The notes under the pieces were generated by a model, which searched no databases, had not been told where the DNA came from, and saw only the letters and a program-made list of their open reading frames with translations. Below are positions 24,739-32,000 of a stretch of 32,000 bases of DNA, piece by piece; position 1 is the stretch's first letter; each line of letters opens with the position of its first letter. Made by a program: the position numbers and the translations under genes. The stretch comes from Schaalia meyeri (GTDB lineage Bacteria > Actinomycetota > Actinomycetes > Actinomycetales > Actinomycetaceae). The DNA lies in NCBI RefSeq assembly GCF_900105015.1, contig NZ_FNLK01000007.1, positions 1 to 32,000 on the forward strand, written 5' to 3'.

Positions 24739-26250
24739 TCAGCGCGAGGATGCGCCCGCGGCGCCACCCCGTCGCCTCTTCTTGGCACGCCCCCACACGT
24801 GTCCTGGAACGTCTCCTGGCAGCATGGGATTCTTCTCTCCCACGAACACGGGATCCGCGATGCCGTCGCGCCGCTGGGCCTCGTAGTCGCGCAGCGCGCC
24901 CAGGACCCACCGGGCGAGGAACACCAGCGCCACCAGGTTCGTGATCGTCATGATCGCCATCGCGATGTCGACGGCGTTCCACACGACGTCCAGGGTCAGC
25001 AGGGCGCCGACAGTCGCCGACGCAACACAGACGACGCGCACGGTCCACGTCGCCCACGGGGCGTCACCGAAGACAAACGACATGTTCGTATCCGAGTACA
25101 CGTACGCGGCAATGATCGAGGAGTAGGCGAGCACGAAGATCAGGATCGCCATCGGGACGATCGTCCACGCGCCCAGCTCGTGCGCGACGGCCAGCGTGGT
25201 CAGGTTCGACGGGTTCACGTCCGCACCGCCCCACACGTCGCCGCCCGCGATGAGGATAACGAACGCGGTCGCCGTGCACACGATGATCGTGTCGATGAAG
25301 ACGCCGAGGGACTGGATGAGGCCCTGGCGGACCGGGTGCGACACGGTCGCCGTCGCGGCGGCGTTCGGGGCGGTTCCCTGCCCGGCCTCGTTGGAGAACA
25401 GTCCGCGCTTCGTGCCGTTGATCATCGCGGCGAGGATGCCACCACCCAGGCCGCCGACCGTGGAGTCCACCGAGAACGCCGAGGAAAAGATCTGTCCGAG
25501 CACCGCGCCGAACTGCGACAGGTTCATCAGACAGATGATGGCGACCATGACCACGTAGATGAGCGCCATGATCGGGGCCATCCACTCCGTCACGCGGGCG
25601 ACTGTGCGGATGCCGCCGAAAATAACCATCGCCGAAAACACGAACACCAGGCCCGCGACGGTGAGCTGCGCGGCCGAGAAGTCACCCGCGCCCGGAAGCG
25701 GCTGCTTGGCGGCCTCGCCGAAGGCGCTCGTGAGCGTTCCCGCAATCGCGTTGGATTGCACGGATGTGATGACGATACCGCAGGTGACCACGGTGATGAC
25801 CGCGAACACGTTGGCGAGCAGACGGTTCTTCATTCCCCGCCTGATATAATACGCCGGGCCGCCGCGGTAGGAGCCGTCCGAGTGCCGGACCTTGAAGATC
25901 TGTGCGAGCGTCGCCTCAAAGAACGCGGTCGCCATGCCCACCAGAGCGACGACCCACATCCAGAAGATCGCGCCGGGGCCACCAAACATGAGCGCCGCCG
26001 CCACGCCGAACACGTTGCCGACGCCGACGCGCGCGGCCAGCGAAATAGCGAAAGCCTGGAAGGAGGAGATACCGCCTTTGGCCCCCTGACGCGACCCCAG
26101 GCTCGCGCGGACCATCTCTGGAAAGAGACGCACCTGCACCGCGCGGGAGATCACGGTGAGGATCAGGCCCACGCCGATCAGGATGACGATCGTAAGGTGC
26201 ATCGTGATCCAGTCGGCAATCTGCTGCTCGATCTGGGCAATCTGTTCCAC
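24739..26250 (-). CDS. Alanine/glycine:cation symporter (AGCS) family transporter
   Basis: 503 aa. The AGCS hallmark GGISSFQAFAISLAARVGVGNVFGVAAALMFGGPGAIFWMW is present. The GTG start at 26250 has GGGAGG 5 nt upstream. Confidence 0.9.
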   Translation of the reverse strand: MEQIAQIEQQIADWITMHLTIVILIGVGLILTVISRAVQVRLFPEMVRASLGSRQGAKGGISSFQAFAISLAARVGVGNVFGVAAALMFGGPGAIFWMWVVALVGMATAFFEATLAQIFKVRHSDGSYRGGPAYYIRRGMKNRLLANVFAVITVVTCGIVITSVQSNAIAGTLTSAFGEAAKQPLPGAGDFSAAQLTVAGLVFVFSAMVIFGGIRTVARVTEWMAPIMALIYVVMVAIICLMNLSQFGAVLGQIFSSAFSVDSTVGGLGGGILAAMINGTKRGLFSNEAGQGTAPNAAATATVSHPVRQGLIQSLGVFIDTIIVCTATAFVILIAGGDVWGGADVNPSNLTTLAVAHELGAWTIVPMAILIFVLAYSSIIAAYVYSDTNMSFVFGDAPWATWTVRVVCVASATVGALLTLDVVWNAVDIAMAIMTITNLVALVFLARWVLGALRDYEAQRRDGIADPVFVGEKNPMLPGDVPGHVWGRAKKRRRGGAAGASSR

Positions 26251-26493
26251 AGGGGCCTCCCGGGGTGTCGAAAGACGAGGCCGGGGATCGCTCGCGGGGC
26301 CTCGTGCGCTTGGCGGGCCGCGCCCGCGCGTTGATGGGACCCCCTCATCTTGCCACAGGGCAGTGACGCAGGCAGGCGGCGTCTCGCCGCGCGCACGGAT
26401 GTCGGGACAGCGCGTGAGCGCAGCCTGATCGATGGGGGTGTCGTCGGCGAGCGAGCCGAGACGAAGGCGGGCGAGGTCTGGGACAATACAGGC

Positions 26494-29247
26494 ATGAGCG
26501 CGACACTGAACGAGATCCTGGACGACCTGGAGGATGAGGGGCGGCTGCGGGAAGACGACGCCTTATACCAGGCCTTCACGTCCTGGGCGGAGTCGACCGG
26601 GCGGCCGCTCTACCCCCACCAGGAGGAGGCTCTGATGCATATCCTGGCGGGAAACCACGTCATCGCGGCCACCCCCACGGGGTCTGGGAAGTCGATGATC
26701 GCGCTGGCCGCTCACTTCGTCTCGATGGCCCACGGGGGCCGCTCCTATTACACGGCTCCGCTCAAGGCACTCGTGTCGGAGAAATTCTTTGACCTGGTTT
26801 CGCTCTTCGGGGCTGATAACGTCGGCATGATCACGGGAGACGTATCCCTGAACGCGGATGCGCCGATCATCTGCTGCACGGCGGAAATCCTGGCGAACCA
26901 GTCCCTGCGCGAGGGGCCATCGCTGGACGCGGACATGATTGTCATGGACGAGTTTCACTTTTACGGGGACCGCCAGCGCGGGTGGGCGTGGCAGGTGCCG
27001 CTCCTGGAGCTAACCTCGCCTCAGGTGGTCGCCATGAGCGCCACCCTGGGTGACACGTCGCGCTTTGAGCGCAGCTGGAAGGAGCGCACCGGACGCGACG
27101 TGGCGCTGGTGGACGACGCCAAGAGGCCCGTGCCACTCGAGTTTGAATACGTCGTTGACCGCCTGCCAGACACGGTTGAGCGGCTGCTGGGCGAGGGCCG
27201 CTGGCCCGTGTACATCGTGCACTTTTCGCAGCGCGACGCGGTAACCACGGCGCAGTCCTTCGACCGGACCCCCCTGATTTCGGCCGAGAAGAAGCGCGCA
27301 ATCAGCGCCCAGCTGGCGGGGGTGTCGTTCGCGAAGGGTTTCGGCCAGACCCTCAAATCGCTGCTTTCCCAGGGGATCGGCGTCCACCACGCCGGCATGC
27401 TGCCCCGCTACCGTCGCCTGGTGGAGCGCCTCACCCAGGCCGGGCTGCTGCCCATCGTGTGCGGCACTGACACGCTCGGCGTGGGCATCAACGTGCCGAT
27501 CCGTACGGTCCTCATGACGTCACTGGTCAAGTACGACGGGAGGCGCATGCGTCACCTCTCGGCGCGCGAGTTCCACCAGATCGCGGGCCGCGCGGGCCGC
27601 GCAGGCTTCGACACGGTGGGGTTCGTGCGGGTCCTAGCGCCCGAACACGAGGTGGAGGCGGCGCGCGAGCGTGCGCGACTGAGCGCCGCGCAAGAGGCGG
27701 CGCGCGACGCCCGGGAGGCGAAGCGGGCGGCAAAAAAGTCGGCGAAGAAACGCAAGGGGCCGGGCGCGGGCGAGATCTCGTGGACGCGCTCGACCTTCGA
27801 TCGCCTGGTCAACGCGGCGCCCGAACAGTTGCCCAGCCGCTTCGAGATGACCCACGCGATGGTGCTCAACGTCCTGGCTGGCGCGCCCACGGCCGGGCGT
27901 GATCCGGGTGAGCACCTGGTGTGGCTGGCCCGATACAACGACGACGCGCCCACGGAGGCCAACCCGCACCTGCGCAGGCTCGGCGAAATCTATACGTCAA
28001 TGAAGCAGGCCGGGGTGGTGGAGCACGTGTCGTCCGCGCAGGCCTCGGCCTCCGGTCAGCCGCGCCTGCGCGCCGCCACCGACCTGCCCGACGATTTCGC
28101 GCTCAACCAGCCGCTGTCCCCCTTCGCGCTGGCCGCTCTGGAGCTGCTGGACCCGGACTCCCCCACATTCGCGCTCGACGTGGTTTCCGTGATCGAGTCG
28201 GTGCTGGAGGATCCGCGCCCCCTGCTGTTCGCACAGGAGAAGGCCGCCCGCGCCGAGGCGGTGGCCGCCATGAAGGCGGAGGGCATGGAGTACGACGATC
28301 GCATGGCAGCGCTTGAGGAGGTGACCTGGCCGCGTCCGTTGGCTTCCCTGCTGGACGAGGCCTTCGCCGTGTACGTGCGCGCGAATCCGTGGATCGGTGC
28401 CGAGGAGATTTCGCCGAAGTCGGTTGTGCGCGAGATGATCGAGAACGCGCTGACCTTTACGGGAATCGTGGGGCGCTACGACGTGGGGCGTTCCGAGGGG
28501 ATCGTGCTGCGTTACCTGACGGACGCGTATCGGGCGCTGCGCCAGATCGTGCCAGACGAACTGATGACGAACGAGCTGCGCTCGATCATCTCGTGGTTGT
28601 CTTCGCTGATCCGCGCGGTGGATTCCTCGCTGTTGGACGAGTGGGAGGCGCTGTCCTCCGGCCGCGCCCTGTCCCCGGGCGCCGAGGGGGACGGCACGCA
28701 GGGCGCGGAGCTGGCGTTTGGCGCTACCGAGGACGGGCGGGTCACCTTCAGCGCAAACCGGCACGCGTTCCGCACGGCGATTCGCCGCGCGCTGTTCGAG
28801 AGGGTGGAGGCCATGAGCCGGGACAACGTCCAGGCCCTGACGCGCCTGGACGAGGCCTCGCGCACCCTCCTTGTCGCCCCGTGGGGCGAGGACGAGTGGG
28901 ACGCGGCGCTGGAGCGCTACTGGGCGGAGCACGACTGGATCGGCATCGACCAGCGCGCCCGAGGCACGTCGCTGTGCGCGCTGAACGAGGCGCCCACCCG
29001 GGAGGACGTATTGGAGCTCGCACCCGCCACCGCCTCGTCCCAGATGCTGCGCGCCCAGGCGGAGCGAATCGAGGAGCTGGCGGAGGAGGTTGATCAGGCT
29101 CCGTCCGGGTCGGTCTGGCTGGCCACGCAGAACCTGTTGGACCCGGAGGAGGACATGGACTGGCGCATCGTCGCCCTCGTGGACATTCCCGCCTCCGACG
29201 AGGCGGGCCGGGTCGCCCTGGCGACGCTCACGGTCGGGCCGCGGTAG
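26494..29247 (+). CDS. Ski2-like DEAD/DEAH-box helicase with a long C-terminal extension (DUF3516-type actinobacterial helicase)
   Basis: Helicase motifs are ATPTGSGKS (I), VMDEFHFY (II), MSATLG (III), HHAGMLP and QIAGRAGRAG (VI). I prefer the ATG at 26494 (MSATLNEIL). The track extension from 26350 is R/G-rich. Confidence 0.88.
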   Translation: MSATLNEILDDLEDEGRLREDDALYQAFTSWAESTGRPLYPHQEEALMHILAGNHVIAATPTGSGKSMIALAAHFVSMAHGGRSYYTAPLKALVSEKFFDLVSLFGADNVGMITGDVSLNADAPIICCTAEILANQSLREGPSLDADMIVMDEFHFYGDRQRGWAWQVPLLELTSPQVVAMSATLGDTSRFERSWKERTGRDVALVDDAKRPVPLEFEYVVDRLPDTVERLLGEGRWPVYIVHFSQRDAVTTAQSFDRTPLISAEKKRAISAQLAGVSFAKGFGQTLKSLLSQGIGVHHAGMLPRYRRLVERLTQAGLLPIVCGTDTLGVGINVPIRTVLMTSLVKYDGRRMRHLSAREFHQIAGRAGRAGFDTVGFVRVLAPEHEVEAARERARLSAAQEAARDAREAKRAAKKSAKKRKGPGAGEISWTRSTFDRLVNAAPEQLPSRFEMTHAMVLNVLAGAPTAGRDPGEHLVWLARYNDDAPTEANPHLRRLGEIYTSMKQAGVVEHVSSAQASASGQPRLRAATDLPDDFALNQPLSPFALAALELLDPDSPTFALDVVSVIESVLEDPRPLLFAQEKAARAEAVAAMKAEGMEYDDRMAALEEVTWPRPLASLLDEAFAVYVRANPWIGAEEISPKSVVREMIENALTFTGIVGRYDVGRSEGIVLRYLTDAYRALRQIVPDELMTNELRSIISWLSSLIRAVDSSLLDEWEALSSGRALSPGAEGDGTQGAELAFGATEDGRVTFSANRHAFRTAIRRALFERVEAMSRDNVQALTRLDEASRTLLVAPWGEDEWDAALERYWAEHDWIGIDQRARGTSLCALNEAPTREDVLELAPATASSQMLRAQAERIEELAEEVDQAPSGSVWLATQNLLDPEEDMDWRIVALVDIPASDEAGRVALATLTVGPR

Positions 29248-29268
29248 GGCAGTCCTGGGCCGCGAGCT

Positions 29269-29832
29269 CTAGCGGCGGGCGTAGCGGCGAACCTTCTCGA
29301 CGAACTCGGCACGGTAGACCGGGGTGTCCTGCGGGTGATCGATCTTGCCGAGGATGAGGACGTCCGTCAATCGGATGCCGACAAATCCCAGGATCATGCG
29401 CTTCCAGCGCGTGATCGGCCCCCCAAAGATGCGGTAGAAGAACGCGGGTGCGCGAGAGGTGAGGATGAGCGCTGCCGTCTTGCCTGTGAGCAGCGCCTGG
29501 CTCTTTCCGTCGGCGAATCGGTATGCGAAGCGCGGGGTGAAGGTGCGGTCAAGGAACCCCTTGAGGATGGCAGGCTCTGCCGACCACCAGATCGGGAAGC
29601 TGAAGACCAGGTGGTCCGCCCACGCGATTTCTTCCTGGTAGCGATCGGGGGCGCTTTCGTCCTCCATGTGTTTGCGGTAACCGTATCGCAAGTTCGGGTC
29701 GAAGTCCTCGGCGGCGAGGTCGATCATGCGCACCTGGTGACCCGCTTTGCTTGCCTCCTCGGCGTAGGCGGTTGCCAGCTCGTGTGAATAGCTGCCGGAG
29801 TCGGGGCTGCCCTGAATGACAAGAATCTTCAC
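29269..29832 (-). CDS. NAD(P)H dehydrogenase (quinone)-like flavodoxin-fold oxidoreductase (Flavodoxin_2 family)
   Basis: KILVIQGSPDSGSYSHELA...HLVFSFPIWWSAEPAILKGFLDRTF matches the pattern. The GTG start at 29832 has AAGGAG 6 nt upstream and is preferred over the ATG at 29865. Confidence 0.8.
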   Translation of the reverse strand: MKILVIQGSPDSGSYSHELATAYAEEASKAGHQVRMIDLAAEDFDPNLRYGYRKHMEDESAPDRYQEEIAWADHLVFSFPIWWSAEPAILKGFLDRTFTPRFAYRFADGKSQALLTGKTAALILTSRAPAFFYRIFGGPITRWKRMILGFVGIRLTDVLILGKIDHPQDTPVYRAEFVEKVRRYARR

Positions 29833-29942
29833 GATGGCTCCTTCGCTGTCATGCACCCGTTTCAACTGTATACCCGTCGGTTAGACGACACAAGGACCTG
29901 TCGTCGCGAGACCGTGGCGTACAGTGGAAGCTCATCGCCCCT

Positions 29943-30698
29943 CTAGGCGTCTTCGGAGGAGCTCGTCTCGGTCCGCACGGTTTTGCGGATCGCCCAGTCG
30001 ATGGCCGCGAAGAAGCCCATGAAGACCAGGGCCCCGATGAGGATGGCGACGATGTTGACCCCGACCTGCGCGTAGCCGATGCGCCACACGTTGACGAAAC
30101 CGTAGGGGTACTGGTGGACCAGAGCGCCGCGCGCGAGCGTGTAGGCGACCCAGGCGATCGGGATCAGCAGAGCGCGGCCCAGTGTCCCCCACGTGATGCC
30201 TCCGCGCGGTCCCGCGATGGCCGCGACACCCACGAAGACCGCCGGGACGATAATGTGCTGCAGCGGGTTCGTGACGAGGGCGTACCCGGAGAGGACCTCG
30301 TAGGGGCCGATGAGGGTCGCGTACACGATCGCGGTCACCGTGATCATCATGAGGGCGCACAGGTGGGCTGCCCTCCCCCAGCGGCCCACACGGCCGCTGC
30401 GGGCCAGGATCGTCGAGATGAGTGCGACCATAATGTTGGAGAGTTCGGTGAAGTAGGACAGGCACTCGACGAGGCGTTGAGGCGCGCCCGCCCAGCCGGA
30501 TGCGGCACCCCCGAAGAGCCCCTCCTCGTAGTACGTGGGCGGTGCATACCCGCCCAGGGTACTGATGATGATCGTCGATGCGACGCCCGCCCACGCCAGG
30601 GTGGCCACCACCCAGTACGCGGTGCGCCCGCGAGCGCCCAGTTCAGTCATATCAGCCAATGTTTCTCTGATCCTCTCAACGCCGTACTGGATGACCAC
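29943..30698 (-). CDS. Polytopic integral membrane protein of unknown function (possibly Pr6Pr-type family)
   Basis: About 6 TM segments and the motif SYFTELSNIMVAL. The start is ambiguous between GTG 30698 and ATG 30650. The family name is a weak recollection only. Confidence 0.6.
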   Translation of the reverse strand: MVIQYGVERIRETLADMTELGARGRTAYWVVATLAWAGVASTIIISTLGGYAPPTYYEEGLFGGAASGWAGAPQRLVECLSYFTELSNIMVALISTILARSGRVGRWGRAAHLCALMMITVTAIVYATLIGPYEVLSGYALVTNPLQHIIVPAVFVGVAAIAGPRGGITWGTLGRALLIPIAWVAYTLARGALVHQYPYGFVNVWRIGYAQVGVNIVAILIGALVFMGFFAAIDWAIRKTVRTETSSSEDA

Positions 30699-30873
30699 TG
30701 AAGTAGGTCTGCGGGGAGCCCGCTCGAATTGCTGTCACCACGCAGTTCTCCGGCTCATCCAGGCAGATCAATAGCCAATCCGGTCGAGTGTGACACTCGC
30801 ACAAACCGGCATAGTCACCCGTCAGGAGATGATCACGCCTTTGGGGCGGCCACTGTTGGCCGAGAAGAATCAT
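30676..30873 (-). CDS. Hypothetical 65-aa ORF of atypical composition, preceded by an RBS-led 12-codon mini-ORF
   Basis: The ORF MILLGQQWPPQRRDHLLTGDYAGLCECHTRPDWLLICLDEPENCVV... is not R/G/P-rich like the artefact ORFs. Its GC3 is about 59% by hand count, against about 85% in neighbouring genes. No homolog is recognised, so it may be non-coding or a gene remnant. Confidence 0.2.
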   Translation of the reverse strand: MILLGQQWPPQRRDHLLTGDYAGLCECHTRPDWLLICLDEPENCVVTAIRAGSPQTYFSGHPVRR

Positions 30874-31060
30874 ATCAATGACGCTGCAAGCTCCTTGATG
30901 GGCCCCTCTTCATTTCGTCACTCCTTTCATAGGCGCCGCGTGAAACCCGCACTACCCCAGCTCCACCAAAAGCCCTCGAATACGCCGAAAGACGCCGAGC
31001 AAGGGCGGTCCCGGTTACATCAACCCGGTCCCCGCAGCCGCGAGGACGTTGCGGGCTGCC

Positions 31061-31573
31061 TCAGGCGAGCGCCGCCAGGTCGGCGACCTGTGCGCCTGCT
31101 AGGTCGGCCAGGTCGAGGGGGCTCAGTTCGACACTGAGACCGCGGCGACCTCCCGAGACGATCACGGTCTCGTGGTCCAGGCACGAGGAGTCGATGAACG
31201 TGCGGTGGGAGGTGGTTTGTCCCAGCGGACTAATGCCGCCGACGACGTATCCGGTGCGGCGCTGGGCGAGCGCGGGATCTGCCATGGCCGCGCTCTTCGC
31301 CCCGGCGGCCCTGGCGATGAGCTTCATGGACAGGTGCGTCAGGGCGGGCACGCAGCCGACGACGAACTCGCCGGACGGCGCCAATCGCACCATGAGCGTC
31401 TTGAAGACCCTGGTGGGGTCGATCCCCAGCTTCTCCACGGTCTCCTGGCCGAATGCGCGGGCGGCGGGGTCGTGCTCGTACTCGTGAACGGTGAAGGGCA
31501 CGCCCGCCGCCGTCAGTTCCTCGATGGCGCGGGTGGGTCCACCTCCGCGTTCCTTCGCGTGTTTGCGAGCCAT
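31061..31573 (-). CDS. ybaK: Cys-tRNA(Pro)/Cys-tRNA(Cys) deacylase, YbaK family
   Basis: 170 aa. AIEELTAAGVPFTVHEYEHDP...VFKTLMV...GYVVGGISPLGQ is typical of YbaK/EbsC trans-editing proteins. Confidence 0.88.
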   Translation of the reverse strand: MARKHAKERGGGPTRAIEELTAAGVPFTVHEYEHDPAARAFGQETVEKLGIDPTRVFKTLMVRLAPSGEFVVGCVPALTHLSMKLIARAAGAKSAAMADPALAQRRTGYVVGGISPLGQTTSHRTFIDSSCLDHETVIVSGGRRGLSVELSPLDLADLAGAQVADLAALA

Positions 31574-31591
31574 GGCTCCCAGCCTACGGCC

Positions 31592-31981
31592 TCAGAGGAT
31601 GGAGGCCGAGGGGGAGGAAACGACGACTTTGCCGAAGGGGAAGCAGGTGATCGGTATCATCTTGAGGTTCGCGATGGCCAACGGGATGCCGATGATCGTC
31701 ACGGCCTGGACGGCGGCCGTCGCCACGTGTCCGATCGCGAGCCACAGTCCGGCGATCAGGAACCAGATGATGTTCATGAGCGCCGATCCGACGCCGGCCG
31801 TGGGTTTGTCGACGACGCACTTGCCAAAGGGCCACAGCACGTACCCAGCGATGCGGAAGCAGGCGATGCCCGCGGGGATGGTCACGATAAAGATGAAGGA
31901 GACCAGCCCGGCCATGATGTAGCCGAGAAACAGCGGCATTCCGCCGAAGAAGAACCAGATGATGTTAAGCAGTGTCCGCAC
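31592..31981 (-). CDS. YccF-family (DUF307) inner membrane protein
   Basis: It has an internally duplicated motif: NIIWFFFGG...IPAGIACFRIAGYVLWPFGK and NIIWFLIAGLW...IPLAIANLKMIPITCFPFGK. The GTG start at 31981 has AAAGGAG 6 nt upstream. Confidence 0.85.
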   Translation of the reverse strand: MRTLLNIIWFFFGGMPLFLGYIMAGLVSFIFIVTIPAGIACFRIAGYVLWPFGKCVVDKPTAGVGSALMNIIWFLIAGLWLAIGHVATAAVQAVTIIGIPLAIANLKMIPITCFPFGKVVVSSPSASIL

Positions 31982-32000
31982 GAGCGACTCCTTTAGTTGA

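Noticed and set aside
24799-26334. 511-aa plus-strand ORF
   Set aside because: It is antisense to the AGCS symporter. It is extremely D/R/H/G-rich with no TM segments or motifs.
26251-26430. Glycine riboswitch upstream of the AGCS transporter
   Set aside because: I expected it from context and checked the minus-strand leader by eye. The conserved GGAGAG, CACCGAAGGGGCAA and CTCTGGAGAG cores are absent.
27997-28932. 311-aa minus-strand ORF, plus other internal ORFs within 26563-29023
   Set aside because: They are antisense or out of frame within the helicase gene, whose motifs I-VI are intact. Their composition is that of shadow ORFs.
29883-29904. 7-bp hairpin GACGACA-N8-TGTCGTC between the membrane-protein gene and the oxidoreductase gene, considered as a terminator
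   Set aside because: No U tract follows it on the minus strand. It could equally be an operator or have no function, and the evidence is too weak to list it as a feature.
1-32000. CRISPR arrays, IS elements, integrases, phage genes, toxin-antitoxin pairs or known defence systems
   Set aside because: There are no regularly spaced direct repeats and no transposase- or integrase-like ORFs. The only repeats are the tRNA-Glu duplication and the coding cell-wall-binding repeats. The helicase has a housekeeping-type Ski2/DUF3516 architecture and no nuclease or methylase partners.

Overview
High-GC (roughly 65%) actinobacterial chromosome segment. Gene content and order suggest Actinomycetaceae (Actinomyces/Schaalia-like), but this taxon call is inference only. 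The window is densely coded and mostly housekeeping.

Gene content, left to right:
- 1-5969 (+): a five-gene, translationally coupled transporter operon. It has two ABC exporter-fold half-transporters, then an ECF importer made of an MptD/Trep_Strep-like S component, a T component and a fused double ATPase.
- 6024-6100 (-): tRNA-His.
- 6188-12620 (-): a cell-envelope block of an uncharacterised ATP-grasp protein, ddl, gpsA, plsC, a DAG/lipid-kinase-like gene and murA.
- 12621-13290: an unusually long 670-bp non-coding gap.
- 13291-14028 (+): an IclR-family regulator.
- 14110-18129 (-): a very large secreted pullulanase with tandem N-terminal carbohydrate-binding modules and C-terminal cell-wall-binding repeats.
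- 18288-20208 (-): gltX followed by tRNA-Gln and two identical tRNA-Glu genes.
- 20351-26250: a MalY/PatB C-S lyase (+), then on the minus strand an NCS1 permease and purine nucleoside phosphorylase pair, an FAH-family hydrolase and an alanine/glycine:cation symporter.
- 26494-29247 (+): a Ski2-like DEAD/DEAH helicase.
- 29269-31981 (-): an NAD(P)H-quinone oxidoreductase-like flavoprotein, a polytopic membrane protein, ybaK and a YccF-family protein.

I found no CRISPR array, integrase, transposase, phage gene or recognisable defence system. The most interesting candidates for under-described biology are:
- the hard-wired exporter-pair plus ECF operon;
- the orphan ATP-grasp gene next to ddl;
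- the 670-bp structured non-coding gap;
- a low-GC spacer at 30.7-31.06 kb holding an RBS-led mini-ORF coupled to a 65-codon ORF.

None of these is proven, and each is labelled with its basis. The many long antisense ORFs in the track are high-GC artefacts.
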